A program made the translations under genes and the position numbers. A model generated the notes under the pieces. That model saw only the letters and a list, made by a program, of their open reading frames with translations. It had not been told where the DNA came from and did not search any database. From Candidatus Enterousia sp. (GTDB lineage: Bacteria; Pseudomonadota; Alphaproteobacteria; Rs-D84): a stretch of 64,000 bases of DNA. Numbering within the stretch: the stretch's first letter is position 1; each line of letters opens with the position of its first letter. Location: NCBI GenBank assembly GCA_045592905.1, contig JAZNVR010000023.1, positions 12,986 to 76,985 on the forward strand, given 5' to 3'. This document shows positions 1 through 8,481 of the stretch, one piece after another.

Positions 1-64
1 ACGATGCGTTTGCTGAATTTGTGTATATTGCAATTAAAGATGTCATTATGATTGCTTTTTTCAT
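1..64 (-). CDS. 5' end (about 21 codons) of a gene running off the left edge; the N-terminus looks like a signal peptide
   Basis: The reverse strand reads AGGAA-N6-ATG, then MKKAIIMTSLIAIYTNSANAS. Too little sequence is in the window to name a product. Confidence 0.3.
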   Translation of the reverse strand, partial: MKKAIIMTSLIAIYTNSANAS

Positions 65-204
65 ATCTGATTCCTTTTTTTTGTATTCGTGGATCACAAA
101 TTACGATATTTTTATATGTCCTTAGGACTATTATATCATAAAAACATAAAAATAAAAACGCTATTACACGCAGAATTATTATTGTAAAAAGTGAAAAATT
201 TGAT

Positions 205-780
205 ATGATTGGTCTTGTTATGGATAAGATAAACGAAGAATTTATTGATAGACCTGTGGTTATGGTTGGTTTAATGGGGGCAGGTAAGACCAGTGTTGGG
301 CGTGCTTTGGCCAGACGGCTTGGTATACCATTTGTTGATTCTGATAAAGAGATAGAAGCGGCAGCAGGTTGTAGTGTTGTTGATATTTTTGCGATGTATG
401 GCGAACAAGAATTTCGTCGGGTTGAACAGCGTGTAATTGAACGTTTGTTGGATACACCGCCTGCATTAAAAGTTATTTCTACGGGCGAGGGGGCTTTTAT
501 TACGCCTGCGGTTCGGCAAATGGTGCTGGACAGGGCGTTGTCTGTATGGTTAAAGGCTGATTTGAATTTGTTGGTAAAGCGTACAAATTCGCGTGATACA
601 CGTCCGCAGTTGCTTAATACGGACAGTCGTAAAATATTAGAACAATTGATAGAAGAGCGTTATAAAACGTACGCATTGGCAGATATAACTGTGGAAACAA
701 AAGATGAAAATTTACGTAAAACGTTATATAAGGTTTTATGTGCAATAGAAGAATATTCTGAAAAACAAGAAAAGGAGTAA
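205..780 (+). CDS. aroK: shikimate kinase
   Basis: P-loop VGLMGAGKTSVGRALARRLG is followed by FVDSDKEIE. Length and layout fit shikimate kinase I. An alternative start is at 220. Confidence 0.9.
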   Translation: MIGLVMDKINEEFIDRPVVMVGLMGAGKTSVGRALARRLGIPFVDSDKEIEAAAGCSVVDIFAMYGEQEFRRVEQRVIERLLDTPPALKVISTGEGAFITPAVRQMVLDRALSVWLKADLNLLVKRTNSRDTRPQLLNTDSRKILEQLIEERYKTYALADITVETKDENLRKTLYKVLCAIEEYSEKQEKE

Positions 781-782
781 AA

Positions 783-1355
783 ATGACTAAAAAGAATAAC
801 TTATTAAAGGAATTTAGTGCGTTTGTTCAGCGTGGTAATGCGATAGATATGGCTGTCGGTATCATTGTTGGTAGTGTTATGACAAGCGTTGTAAATTCGT
901 TGGTAAAAGATGTTATTATGCCACCGATTGGGTTGTTAATTGGCGGTGTTGATTTTTCGCAATGGTTCTTTGTGTTGGGTGGGGGACAAGCTGGGGCGAC
1001 ATATGAAACGATAGCCCAGGCACAGGCGGCTGGGGCGACCACGTTGAATTTGGGGTTGTTCCTGAATTCTGTGGTTAGTTTCTTTATTACAATGTTTGCG
1101 ATATTTTTGTTTGTGCGTACGATGAATAAAATGCGTGATAAAAAGCCTGCAAACACACATGCGTGTCCGTATTGTAAATCTAATATTAATAATTCGGCAA
1201 CAAAATGTGCGTTTTGCTGTTCGGATGTAGTGCCGGTTGAAACAGCGGGTGTAGAAGAAAGCGATTTGAAAAAAGGATTGAAAAGTCTTAAAAAGGTCGC
1301 TGCAAGTGTTGCGACAGATTCTGTTAGTAAAATTAAAAAAATTACAAAGCGTTAA
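783..1355 (+). CDS. mscL: large-conductance mechanosensitive channel MscL with a C-terminal 4-Cys extension
   Basis: LKEFSAFVQRGNAIDMAVGIIVG...DVIMPPIGLLIGGVDFS is the MscL signature. A second TM helix is present, then an extra tail with CPYC-x11-CAFCC. Confidence 0.9.
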   Translation: MTKKNNLLKEFSAFVQRGNAIDMAVGIIVGSVMTSVVNSLVKDVIMPPIGLLIGGVDFSQWFFVLGGGQAGATYETIAQAQAAGATTLNLGLFLNSVVSFFITMFAIFLFVRTMNKMRDKKPANTHACPYCKSNINNSATKCAFCCSDVVPVETAGVEESDLKKGLKSLKKVAASVATDSVSKIKKITKR

Positions 1356-1386
1356 TTTTTATTTGTGATAAAATAGATAAATAAAA

Positions 1387-1411
1387 AACAGGTGTAAAAA
1401 CCTGTTTTTTT
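1387..1411 (+). terminator. intrinsic terminator after mscL
   Basis: AACAGGU-loop-ACCUGUU hairpin followed by a U-run. Confidence 0.75.
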
Positions 1412-1675
1412 GTTGTTGTGTGTATATGAATGACAGGGTGTATTATGTATAGTTTTTTAAGGTGATGTTTTTGCTGTCGGGTAGATTATAGGAAGTATGT
1501 GTGTCGCTTTTTAGATGTTTTTAAGAAGTTGGATGTTTGTATGTGTTTGTTTTGTGGTATTGCTGTGTTGGATGTGTTGCTGAACGGGTAAAATATTTTT
1601 ATTGTGTATACTGTTTGTTAGAAAAAAGAGCCAGGAATATGCAGGGGACACGATATTATAAAGGCGTATAATGTA

Positions 1676-1858
1676 TATTATGTATACTTTACGATATAAA
1701 AATTAAAAATTTTTATATTCGTATGCACATCAATTCAAACATCGCTGACGCTCGTTTTCATTGGTGCACCTGTATACATAATATTCGTTATATCGCTTTG
1801 GCTTTTGGTTATGCTTCGCAACGGTTGATTGTTTGCTTTCCCTTGCGTGTATACCGCC
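1676..1858. repeat. left copy of a ~180-bp direct repeat (units A+B)
   Basis: 1676-1784 matches 3655-3763 exactly by eye. 1781-1858 matches 3857-3935 with a few mismatches. It contains the near-palindrome CGATATAAAAATT-AAA-AATTTTTATATTCG. Confidence 0.85.
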
Positions 1859-2080
1859 GCCAAAACGCACGCTGCAATTTTTCTGTTTTGCACTAATTAT
1901 TTTAACACAAAAACATCGTTTACACAAGCGTCATGTTTTGCGGTTTTCTGCGGTTTTGGAAAATATTTTTTTCAAGTTGTGCCGAATTTTTATTTTGCAA
2001 TTTAATTATCGCTTATAATTATAATTATTTATTTATATATTTATTTATAAATAAATAAAATAAATAAAAAATACATCGCC

Positions 2081-2335
2081 CTATTCTTGTGGTTTTGTGC
2101 TTATGGTATTGCGGCTCTGCCGCGGCTCAGCAATGGTTATGTTCAATAATTTTTCTATTTCTGTACGCTGTTTTTGTAGTGCGGCAATGTGTTCTTGTAT
2201 TTCTTTGATGTTTTGTTCTGTTTGTGTTGTTGGTTGTATTTTGTGCATATCGTGTGCCGCCCGCAGTTGTGTGTGGGCGGCAGAGATTTCTTGTGATATT
2301 TCTAAATATTTATCGCACAGATAGTTGTGTGTCAT
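2081..2335 (-). CDS. hypothetical coiled-coil protein (cassette gene 4)
   Basis: 84-aa ORF whose start overlaps the stop of the upstream ORF (ATGA-type overlap). It is Q/E/K-rich and helical. No recognisable family. Confidence 0.55.
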   Translation of the reverse strand: MTHNYLCDKYLEISQEISAAHTQLRAAHDMHKIQPTTQTEQNIKEIQEHIAALQKQRTEIEKLLNITIAEPRQSRNTISTKPQE

Positions 2336-2619
2336 AACTTGCCAATTTTAGCAGATAATATTGTTAAAGCAACATCTAAATCAGTGCGGTTATATGGCTC
2401 ATTGTATCCGTATTGACTGACTGCTTCTAATGCTCTGTCGGGCAATTCTAAGATTTCATTTTGTAATTTTAATAAATCAATACCGCTAAAAACAAGTCTG
2501 TGTTGACTGTATCGGTGTAATCCAAGATTGTGCTCCATTTGGTAGCCGCCAAGGTCGCAAAACATCCGTATTGCCATTTTAATAGATTTTTTTTGTATTT
2601 TTTGTGTCATTTTAATCAT
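2332..2619 (-). CDS. hypothetical protein (cassette gene 3)
   Basis: 95-aa ORF preceded by AAGGAA-N7-ATG, in a tightly packed same-strand operon. Confidence 0.6.
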   Translation of the reverse strand: MIKMTQKIQKKSIKMAIRMFCDLGGYQMEHNLGLHRYSQHRLVFSGIDLLKLQNEILELPDRALEAVSQYGYNEPYNRTDLDVALTILSAKIGKL

Positions 2620-2640
2620 TGTTTATTTCCTTTTGTTGTT

Positions 2641-2973
2641 TTATCTAAATTTGCGTACAAAATAAATTAACCATTTGTCGGTTATAAGTTGTGCGGGCTT
2701 TAATTTGTTTCTTATAAACGCGGCACATCTTTCTAATTTTTCGGGGTTGTATATTTCGCCGCTTGCATCCATTACTGACTTGATTGTATCTGCTGTTATG
2801 TATGCACTGTATCTATTTTGAAAAAAGTTATTCAAAAACTTTTGCCACGCTAATTTTGCAAGGTATTCATTGTCATTTTCTGGTGTAAATGTTGCTGGGT
2901 CTTTTATTAAATGTCCCAATTTTGTATAATCATTTACACGATTTAATGATTCTAATAATTCGGCTAAAATCAT
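2641..2973 (-). CDS. hypothetical protein (cassette gene 2)
   Basis: 110-aa ORF with a 4-nt overlap with the upstream gene. Composition is natural and no motif is recognised. Confidence 0.6.
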   Translation of the reverse strand: MILAELLESLNRVNDYTKLGHLIKDPATFTPENDNEYLAKLAWQKFLNNFFQNRYSAYITADTIKSVMDASGEIYNPEKLERCAAFIRNKLKPAQLITDKWLIYFVRKFR

Positions 2974-3269
2974 AGTATTATGCCCTTTTTTATAAATTCG
3001 TTTTTAATTGTGTTTATTGCGTTGTTCCATGCGTCGCGGTGTCTGCCGCGGTATGGTGGACGACATAATTTATAACCATAAAATATAATTATTTGTTGTT
3101 CATAATGTGATAAATTGCAATTATTCAAGATTGTTGAGATGTCTAAAACTTCATAATTGTTCAAATGTCTTGTGGGTGTTGTTTTTTTTAAAAAATATTT
3201 TACAATTTTTATATGTGAAAAATATTTAAAAATAATATTTTCAGTTTCAATTGTTTGTTTGTCTATCAT
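2970..3269 (-). CDS. hypothetical small protein, possibly HTH/sigma-region-4-like (cassette gene 1)
   Basis: The internal ATG at 3269 has AGGAAA-N6 upstream, while the 3398 start lies in low-quality sequence. LSHYEQQIIIFYGYK...AINTIKNEF weakly recalls phage RinA/sigma r4 regulators. Confidence 0.5.
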   Translation of the reverse strand: MIDKQTIETENIIFKYFSHIKIVKYFLKKTTPTRHLNNYEVLDISTILNNCNLSHYEQQIIIFYGYKLCRPPYRGRHRDAWNNAINTIKNEFIKKGIIL

Positions 3270-3654
3270 TTCTGCTTTCCTTTCTGTTTTGTTGTTTGAT
3301 TGTGTTATTGCCTGCTGCAATAACAATTTGCAGAAAAGAAAATCGCAACGCCCGCCCGCGGGCTGCGGGTCGCATGCAAACTGTCGTGCATGCTCCAATG
3401 ATTGCTTTGTGTGGTATCACATGCCAACCGCACGCAAACAACACAACGCCATGTGTAAAACACAACAACCTGCGTCATTTTGTTTGTGCGTGTAATATAT
3501 GCTCGCATGGCTCGCATATATAACACTTACAACACGCAATGACCGGTTGTGTTTTAAGACATGTCTTATGTTGTTGTTTGCTTTCTTTGCGGTTGGCAAA
3601 CGAACAACGCAACAACAACCTGCTACGCATAACCGCCTGCTGCGTATAACGCGT

Positions 3655-3935
3655 TATTATGTATACTTTACGATATAAAAATTAAAAATTTTTATATTCG
3701 TATGCACATCAATTCAAACATCGCTGACGCTCGTTTTCATTGGTGCACCTGTATACATAATATATGTGTATACTTTATGGTATAAAAATTAAAATATTTT
3801 TATATTCGCATGCACAACAATTCAAACATCGCTGACGCTCGTTTTCATTGTATGTAATATTCGTTATATCGCTTTGGTTTTTGGTTATGCATTGCAAACG
3901 GTTGATTAATTGCTTTCCCTTGCGTGTATACCGCC
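3655..3935. repeat. right copy of the direct repeat, with unit A duplicated (A, degenerate A', B)
   Basis: 3655-3763 equals 1676-1784. 3764-3850 is a diverged second A unit. 3857-3935 is approximately 1781-1858. Confidence 0.85.
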
Positions 3936-3953
3936 AGCAATATAGGTATTGTG

Positions 3954-4270
3954 TTTTTGTTTGATTGTGTGCTTATGGTGTTGTCGTCTTTGTTGCACGT
4001 GGCTGAAAAAACATGTTTGTACCCTATTCTGGTGTTAAAAATGTTAAAAAACCGCAGATTTCTGCGGGTTTTATCGTGTTTTTTGTGGGGTTTTACATAA
4101 TCGTGCGATTTTTTTGTTTGATTGTGTGCTTATGGTGTTGTCGTCTTTGTTGCACGTGGCTGAAAACATGTTTGTTATTACCCTGTTCCGGTGTTAAAAT
4201 GTTAAAAAAACCGCAGATTTCTGCGGTTTTTATCGTGTTTTTTGTGGGATTTTACATAATCGTGCGATTT
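3954..4270. repeat. two tandem copies of a ~157-bp unit, each with a terminator-like hairpin
   Basis: TTTTTGTTTGATTGTGTGCTTATGGTGTTGTCGTCTTTGTTGCACGTGGCTGAAAA...CCGCAGATTTCTGCGG...TTTTACATAATCGTGCGATT occurs twice back to back with a few indels. The hairpin is CCGCAGA-UU-UCUGCGG, flanked by A- and U-runs. Confidence 0.85.
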
Positions 4271-4481
4271 TTTTACCGTATTTAATGGCTTTTTCTTTGG
4301 TGTCTAGTAATGGGACATGTTTTGTTTTATTTTCGCTTTCGTATTCTGTTATTGCCTCGTTTGCGATTGTTGGTATATATTTTCGTATAACGCCAACAAA
4401 ATAAGGTGCAGGAACGGCATCAATTTTGCAATGTAGTGGACATCTGTTACAAATTATAGGCGTTTTTGTTTTTGATATCAT
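4230..4481 (-). CDS. small 4-Cys protein, one copy of the CxxCx3C...PTI...C module
   Basis: The ATG at 4481 lies 1 nt after the upstream stop. MISKTKTPIICNRCPLHC...IPTIANEAITEY...AIKYGKKIARLC. It is a paralogue of the three upstream genes. Confidence 0.65.
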   Translation of the reverse strand: MISKTKTPIICNRCPLHCKIDAVPAPYFVGVIRKYIPTIANEAITEYESENKTKHVPLLDTKEKAIKYGKKIARLCKIPQKTR

Positions 4482-4482
4482 T

Positions 4483-4983
4483 TTATTTCTCTTTGATTTG
4501 TCGTTGTTTTTTATAAAAGTCGCAACGTGCTGCGATTTGTTTTGCATATTGTATTGTTTGGGGTATGTTTTTGTTTTGTTGGGATATTTGCAACGTGCCA
4601 TGTGCATCTATGTACCCATGTATAGTTTGATTGTTGATGGTTGGTAAAAAGCCGTTTGTTGTTTTGTGTGTGCCTAGTTTGCATAATTTGTTGCAGCCGG
4701 TACAGGTGTTTGCATCAGAGGATTGTACTGTTGAGAATTTTTCAACATAGTGCGTACATGTTCTGGTAATTGTTTTTGCTGCGTCTATGGCGTTATATCT
4801 GCTGCGATATAGGTGTAAGAATCGTTTAGTGTTGTTTGCATCAATATAATATTTGATGGTTTTACCACAGATTGTAGGCAAGAAACCTTGACGTTTTTTC
4901 TCATAGTATACAGCGTCAATTTCGCAGTGTTTTTTACAGCCGTTGCATTTATTTGCGTTTAATCTGTTTGTCTGAGAAAACAT
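4483..4983 (-). CDS. 4-Cys module protein, two tandem modules
   Basis: MFSQTNRLNANKCNGCKKHC...FLPTICGKTIKYYID...AKTITRTCTHY, then CTGCNKLC...FLPTINNQTIHGYID...AKQIAARCDFY. The ATG at 4983 is preferred over the 5046 start. Confidence 0.7.
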   Translation of the reverse strand: MFSQTNRLNANKCNGCKKHCEIDAVYYEKKRQGFLPTICGKTIKYYIDANNTKRFLHLYRSRYNAIDAAKTITRTCTHYVEKFSTVQSSDANTCTGCNKLCKLGTHKTTNGFLPTINNQTIHGYIDAHGTLQISQQNKNIPQTIQYAKQIAARCDFYKKQRQIKEK

Positions 4984-4990
4984 AACTGTT

Positions 4991-5491
4991 TTACCTTTGG
5001 TAATGATCGCATAGTTTTGATATTTTGGCAGCACGAATACGTGCACGTAATGGGTCGTTATAGTGTGGAACTATTTTTGTGATACCACGTTTGTCTGTGT
5101 ATCTTCTTATTTCTCTGGTTCCGATAACAGGTAAAAAACCATCACGTGTTGCGGATTTTATGTGTTTTATTCCAAATGTGCATTTGTTTTCACAGCCTTG
5201 GCATTGTGTGTTTGTGTAGGTGCTGGGGCTTGGTTGTGCTGGTCGTGTGTAGTGTGGGCATAATTTTGATATTGTGCGTGCAAAAGAAATAGCGACAGCG
5301 GCATTTCTGTATTGTTGTACAAGGCGTTTTTTACCTTGTTTGTCGGTATATGATTTTTGTATTTTGTTGTTGATAGTAGGGACAAAACAACTGTAATTAT
5401 CGTGAAAAATAATTGTTTTTGCACCAAGTGTGCATTTGCGATTACAGCCGTTGCATCTGCCGATGTTAAGTTTTTGTGTCTGTGTAAACAT
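4991..5491 (-). CDS. 4-Cys module protein, two tandem modules
   Basis: MFTQTQKLNIGRCNGCNRKC...VPTINNKIQKSYTD...ARTISKLCPHY, then CQGCENKC...FLPVIGTREIRRYTD...AAKISKLCDHY. Confidence 0.7.
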   Translation of the reverse strand: MFTQTQKLNIGRCNGCNRKCTLGAKTIIFHDNYSCFVPTINNKIQKSYTDKQGKKRLVQQYRNAAVAISFARTISKLCPHYTRPAQPSPSTYTNTQCQGCENKCTFGIKHIKSATRDGFLPVIGTREIRRYTDKRGITKIVPHYNDPLRARIRAAKISKLCDHYQR

Positions 5492-5505
5492 CTGTTGAAA
5501 CTTTT

Positions 5506-5757
5506 TTATCTTTTGTTAGTGTTATATCCGCATTTTGCAGCGATTGCACGTGCCATTTGATGTGCGTATTCACGTTTTTTTGCAGATATCTTGGTTGTGA
5601 TGTTATTTTCGTCGGTGTATTCTGTGATTTTTCTGCAATTAATTGTTGGATAGTATTTTGCAGGAATAGAAAACAGTTTCCATTGTGTGCCTAAAACACA
5701 ATGAAATTCGCAACCGTTACAGTAGTCTTTGTCGTTTTGACTTAATTTTACACACAT
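5506..5757 (-). CDS. small 4-Cys protein, one module
   Basis: MCVKLSQNDKDYCNGCEFHC...YPTINCRKITEYTD...MARAIAAKCGY. It is the first gene of the array. Confidence 0.7.
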   Translation of the reverse strand: MCVKLSQNDKDYCNGCEFHCVLGTQWKLFSIPAKYYPTINCRKITEYTDENNITTKISAKKREYAHQMARAIAAKCGYNTNKR

Positions 5758-5852
5758 TTAGAATCCTTTTTTATTATGTATGCATTAAATATAGACAAAT
5801 ATAATAAAATGTCAAGTTGATTTTGTGTAAAATTTGTGTTATTTTGTTCTTT

Positions 5853-6566
5853 ATGAGATTAGATCAAGCATTAGTTTTTCAGAAAATATACCCGACACGT
5901 GCCAAAGCGGTTGCTGCAATTAATGCGGGATTGGTAACGGTAAATGGCGTTGTGGCAAAGAAACCAAGTCAGTCTGTTGATACGGATGATGTTTTGGTTG
6001 GTGGTGTTTTGCCCTATTCTGCTGGGCGTGGTTTGTTAAAGTTGGCACGTGCACTGGAATATTTTAATGTTAATCCAGATGGTTTTGTGTGTTTGGATGT
6101 TGGTGCAAGTACAGGCGGATTTACAGAAGTTTTATTGAAAAGTGGTGCGAAAACTGTTTATGCTGTTGATGTTGGTTCAAATCAATTAATTGATGAATTG
6201 CGTAATGATTTGCGTGTTGTTTCGTTGGAACAAACAGATATTCGTGATTTAAAGCCGCTGTCTGTGGTTGATTTGATTGTTATTGATGTTTCATTTGTGT
6301 CGTTGGTAAATATTGTAGATTGTTTACCGCAATGGGGTGCGAAAACAATAATTGTGTTGATAAAACCACAATTTGAAGTCCCACGTGATGTATCTGCAAA
6401 GTTTCGTGGTGTTATAAAATCAAAAGAGTGGCATGATTATTCTGTTAATCGTGTTGTGGATGCGTTTAGAATGCATAATTTTGATTGTTTGGGCGTGATT
6501 GAATCACCGGTCAGGGGCGGCAGTGGCAATGTGGAATTTTTAGCCTGTTTCAAGTTGAAAAAATAG
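5853..6566 (+). CDS. tlyA: TlyA-family rRNA 2'-O-methyltransferase (S4 + FtsJ-like domains)
   Basis: MRLDQALV...RAKA...I..G.V.VNG (S4-like), then LDVGASTGGFTEVLL and AVDVG SAM-binding motifs. The ATG at 5853 is preferred to the 5817 start. Confidence 0.85.
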   Translation: MRLDQALVFQKIYPTRAKAVAAINAGLVTVNGVVAKKPSQSVDTDDVLVGGVLPYSAGRGLLKLARALEYFNVNPDGFVCLDVGASTGGFTEVLLKSGAKTVYAVDVGSNQLIDELRNDLRVVSLEQTDIRDLKPLSVVDLIVIDVSFVSLVNIVDCLPQWGAKTIIVLIKPQFEVPRDVSAKFRGVIKSKEWHDYSVNRVVDAFRMHNFDCLGVIESPVRGGSGNVEFLACFKLKK

Positions 6567-6620
6567 TTTAATAATGTGTGTTATTTTATTGAGTTTTGCT
6601 TAAAAAATGTTTTTAGCATG

Positions 6621-7562
6621 TTAGTTCATTTTTATACCAAATAAACGGATTTTATTGTCTTTTGTTGTGGTGATAAATGGTATATTTGTTTTGTTGTTGT
6701 GCTTTTTTTGTTTGCGTTTATATTCTTGTTTTATGAAATCTTCGGGATATAAGTCAATTTTATATGCAGTACGTGTAAACAGTGAATATATGTTTACCGG
6801 TGTGAATTGATAATAGAATGGTTTGATTGCATAGAAATGCATAATATGTATTTTGTTTTGTACAAAATTACGTTCAGATTGTTTGAATTTCTTGTCAATA
6901 TAAATTTCTGGTATGCAATTGTATCGCAGTGGTAATTCAAGTATTTGCCCGTCAAAGGTAGTGTTTATGATGTCTTGATCCGGGTAAGTTAGTTCGCTTT
7001 TAATTGGCCATGGTGATTTAATTGTGCGTAAATATTCTAAATTTAATAACAATACCCCAGAATTAACGTATAAATCATGTTGTAAATACTTTTCTTTGAA
7101 TTCACGAACGTATATGCCGTTTGGATCGTTTGGGATATTTGTTGGTGCCATATCCCGAATTGCACCCAATGCATATTTGGAAATGTCCGTTTGATATAGT
7201 TCTGTTAAATCAGATTGAATCAATGTGTCAGAATCAAGGTATAACAATTTGTTTTGATTTGGAAAAACTGTGTGTGCAAACATGCGATAGAATATTACAG
7301 GCGACCAACGTGAATAGTCTATGTTTGCATATGGATTTCGTCTGTTTGGGATGGTTTTCCATATCAGTTTGCCACCCTGCCCGATGATTTTTTTTATCTT
7401 GCGATGACCATGTGTGTGGGGTGCAACCATACAGTGTACATTAATGGTTGTGTCGGGATTCTTGTGTTCAAATAATGAATAAATAGAAACGGCCGCCATT
7501 CGCCAAAAGTTGTTATCAAAACAATATAATACATTTATTTCAGACATGATAAAAACCAGCAT
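6621..7562 (-). CDS. glycosyltransferase family 8 (LPS/glycan alpha-glycosyltransferase-like)
   Basis: NVLYCFDNNF...LLYLDSDTLI (DxD)...YVNSGVLLLNL is the GT8 pattern. An alternative start is at 7547 (MSEINV). Confidence 0.8.
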   Translation of the reverse strand: MLVFIMSEINVLYCFDNNFWRMAAVSIYSLFEHKNPDTTINVHCMVAPHTHGHRKIKKIIGQGGKLIWKTIPNRRNPYANIDYSRWSPVIFYRMFAHTVFPNQNKLLYLDSDTLIQSDLTELYQTDISKYALGAIRDMAPTNIPNDPNGIYVREFKEKYLQHDLYVNSGVLLLNLEYLRTIKSPWPIKSELTYPDQDIINTTFDGQILELPLRYNCIPEIYIDKKFKQSERNFVQNKIHIMHFYAIKPFYYQFTPVNIYSLFTRTAYKIDLYPEDFIKQEYKRKQKKHNNKTNIPFITTTKDNKIRLFGIKMN

Positions 7563-8476
7563 AAAATTCGTTGTTTGAAACGCAGATATCTGCGTGGAAT
7601 ATATTTACATGATTCAATAACAGCTGCCTTGGATTCGGCATGGGCGGTGTTATATTGTTTTGATTTTATAATTGTTTCGTGTATCAAATATTTAAAGGTG
7701 TCGGTATAAAATTTTCGCCAAAAGATATGATTGTATTTATCTAGCAGGTTGTTATAAATATATTTGAAGTATTTTGGAAACCATGTAACGTTGTTTTCAC
7801 AAAAGTCTTGTGAACTTATATTATTTTGATGTGCACGATGATATACGCATACATTGTTGCATTCTGCACTGGAATTTGCACGATATGCAATATTTAACAT
7901 GAATGTTAAATCGTCACCAAATGTTGTAAATTCTGGTAAAAATCGTGTGTCACCAATTAATTCACGTTTATATATACGTCGCCATATCCAGCACCATGAA
8001 TGCTTTTGTGGTAATAATAAGAATTCTTCGGGTGCGTATGAGGTTACGAAATCTTCCAAGGAAAAAGTCGCTTTTGGGTTTTCTTTGAATGTGAATGCAC
8101 TGTCAATCATATGTGTTCGTCCGCCAGCCATATCGGCACCAGTTGTTTCAATTAACTGTATCAGTGTTTGTAATGCCGTATCTGTATAGCAGTCGTCGGA
8201 ATCCAAGAATGCAATATATCTGCCTTGGGCGGTGTCCAGACCATGGTTGCGTGCCACAGATGGGCCGGATTGTTTTGATAATTGAATCAGTTTGAAACGT
8301 TTGTCTTTTTTTATGTATTGCTTTATTGTTTTTACAGAATTGTCGGTACTGGCATCATCAATTATGATGCATTCCCAATTTTTTTCTGTCTGGGCAGATA
8401 CGGATTTTAATGCATCGGTAATATACTGTTCGCCGTTATAGTTCGGCATAATAATAGATACAATTGGTTCTTTCAT
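7535..8476 (-). CDS. glycosyltransferase family 2
   Basis: VSIIMPNYNGEQYITDALKSVSAQT...IIIDDASTDNS...ARNHGL..A.G.YIAFLDSDD is the classic GT2 N-terminal domain. Confidence 0.85.
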   Translation of the reverse strand: MKEPIVSIIMPNYNGEQYITDALKSVSAQTEKNWECIIIDDASTDNSVKTIKQYIKKDKRFKLIQLSKQSGPSVARNHGLDTAQGRYIAFLDSDDCYTDTALQTLIQLIETTGADMAGGRTHMIDSAFTFKENPKATFSLEDFVTSYAPEEFLLLPQKHSWCWIWRRIYKRELIGDTRFLPEFTTFGDDLTFMLNIAYRANSSAECNNVCVYHRAHQNNISSQDFCENNVTWFPKYFKYIYNNLLDKYNHIFWRKFYTDTFKYLIHETIIKSKQYNTAHAESKAAVIESCKYIPRRYLRFKQRILCWFLSCLK

Positions 8477-8481
8477 GGTTT

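Noticed and set aside
3954-4270. Possible CRISPR array, because of repeated units with hairpins
   Set aside because: There are only two units of ~157 bp, directly adjacent with no spacers. The unit is far longer than a CRISPR repeat, and no cas genes are in the window.
4013-4285. 90-aa ORF within the 157-bp tandem repeat
   Set aside because: Its sequence merely translates the duplicated noncoding unit, including the terminator hairpins. It has no RBS.
1430-5800. Prophage or IS element
   Set aside because: No integrase, transposase, capsid, terminase or tail genes are recognisable. There are also no terminal inverted repeats. I report it only as a repeat-bracketed cassette plus accessory genes.
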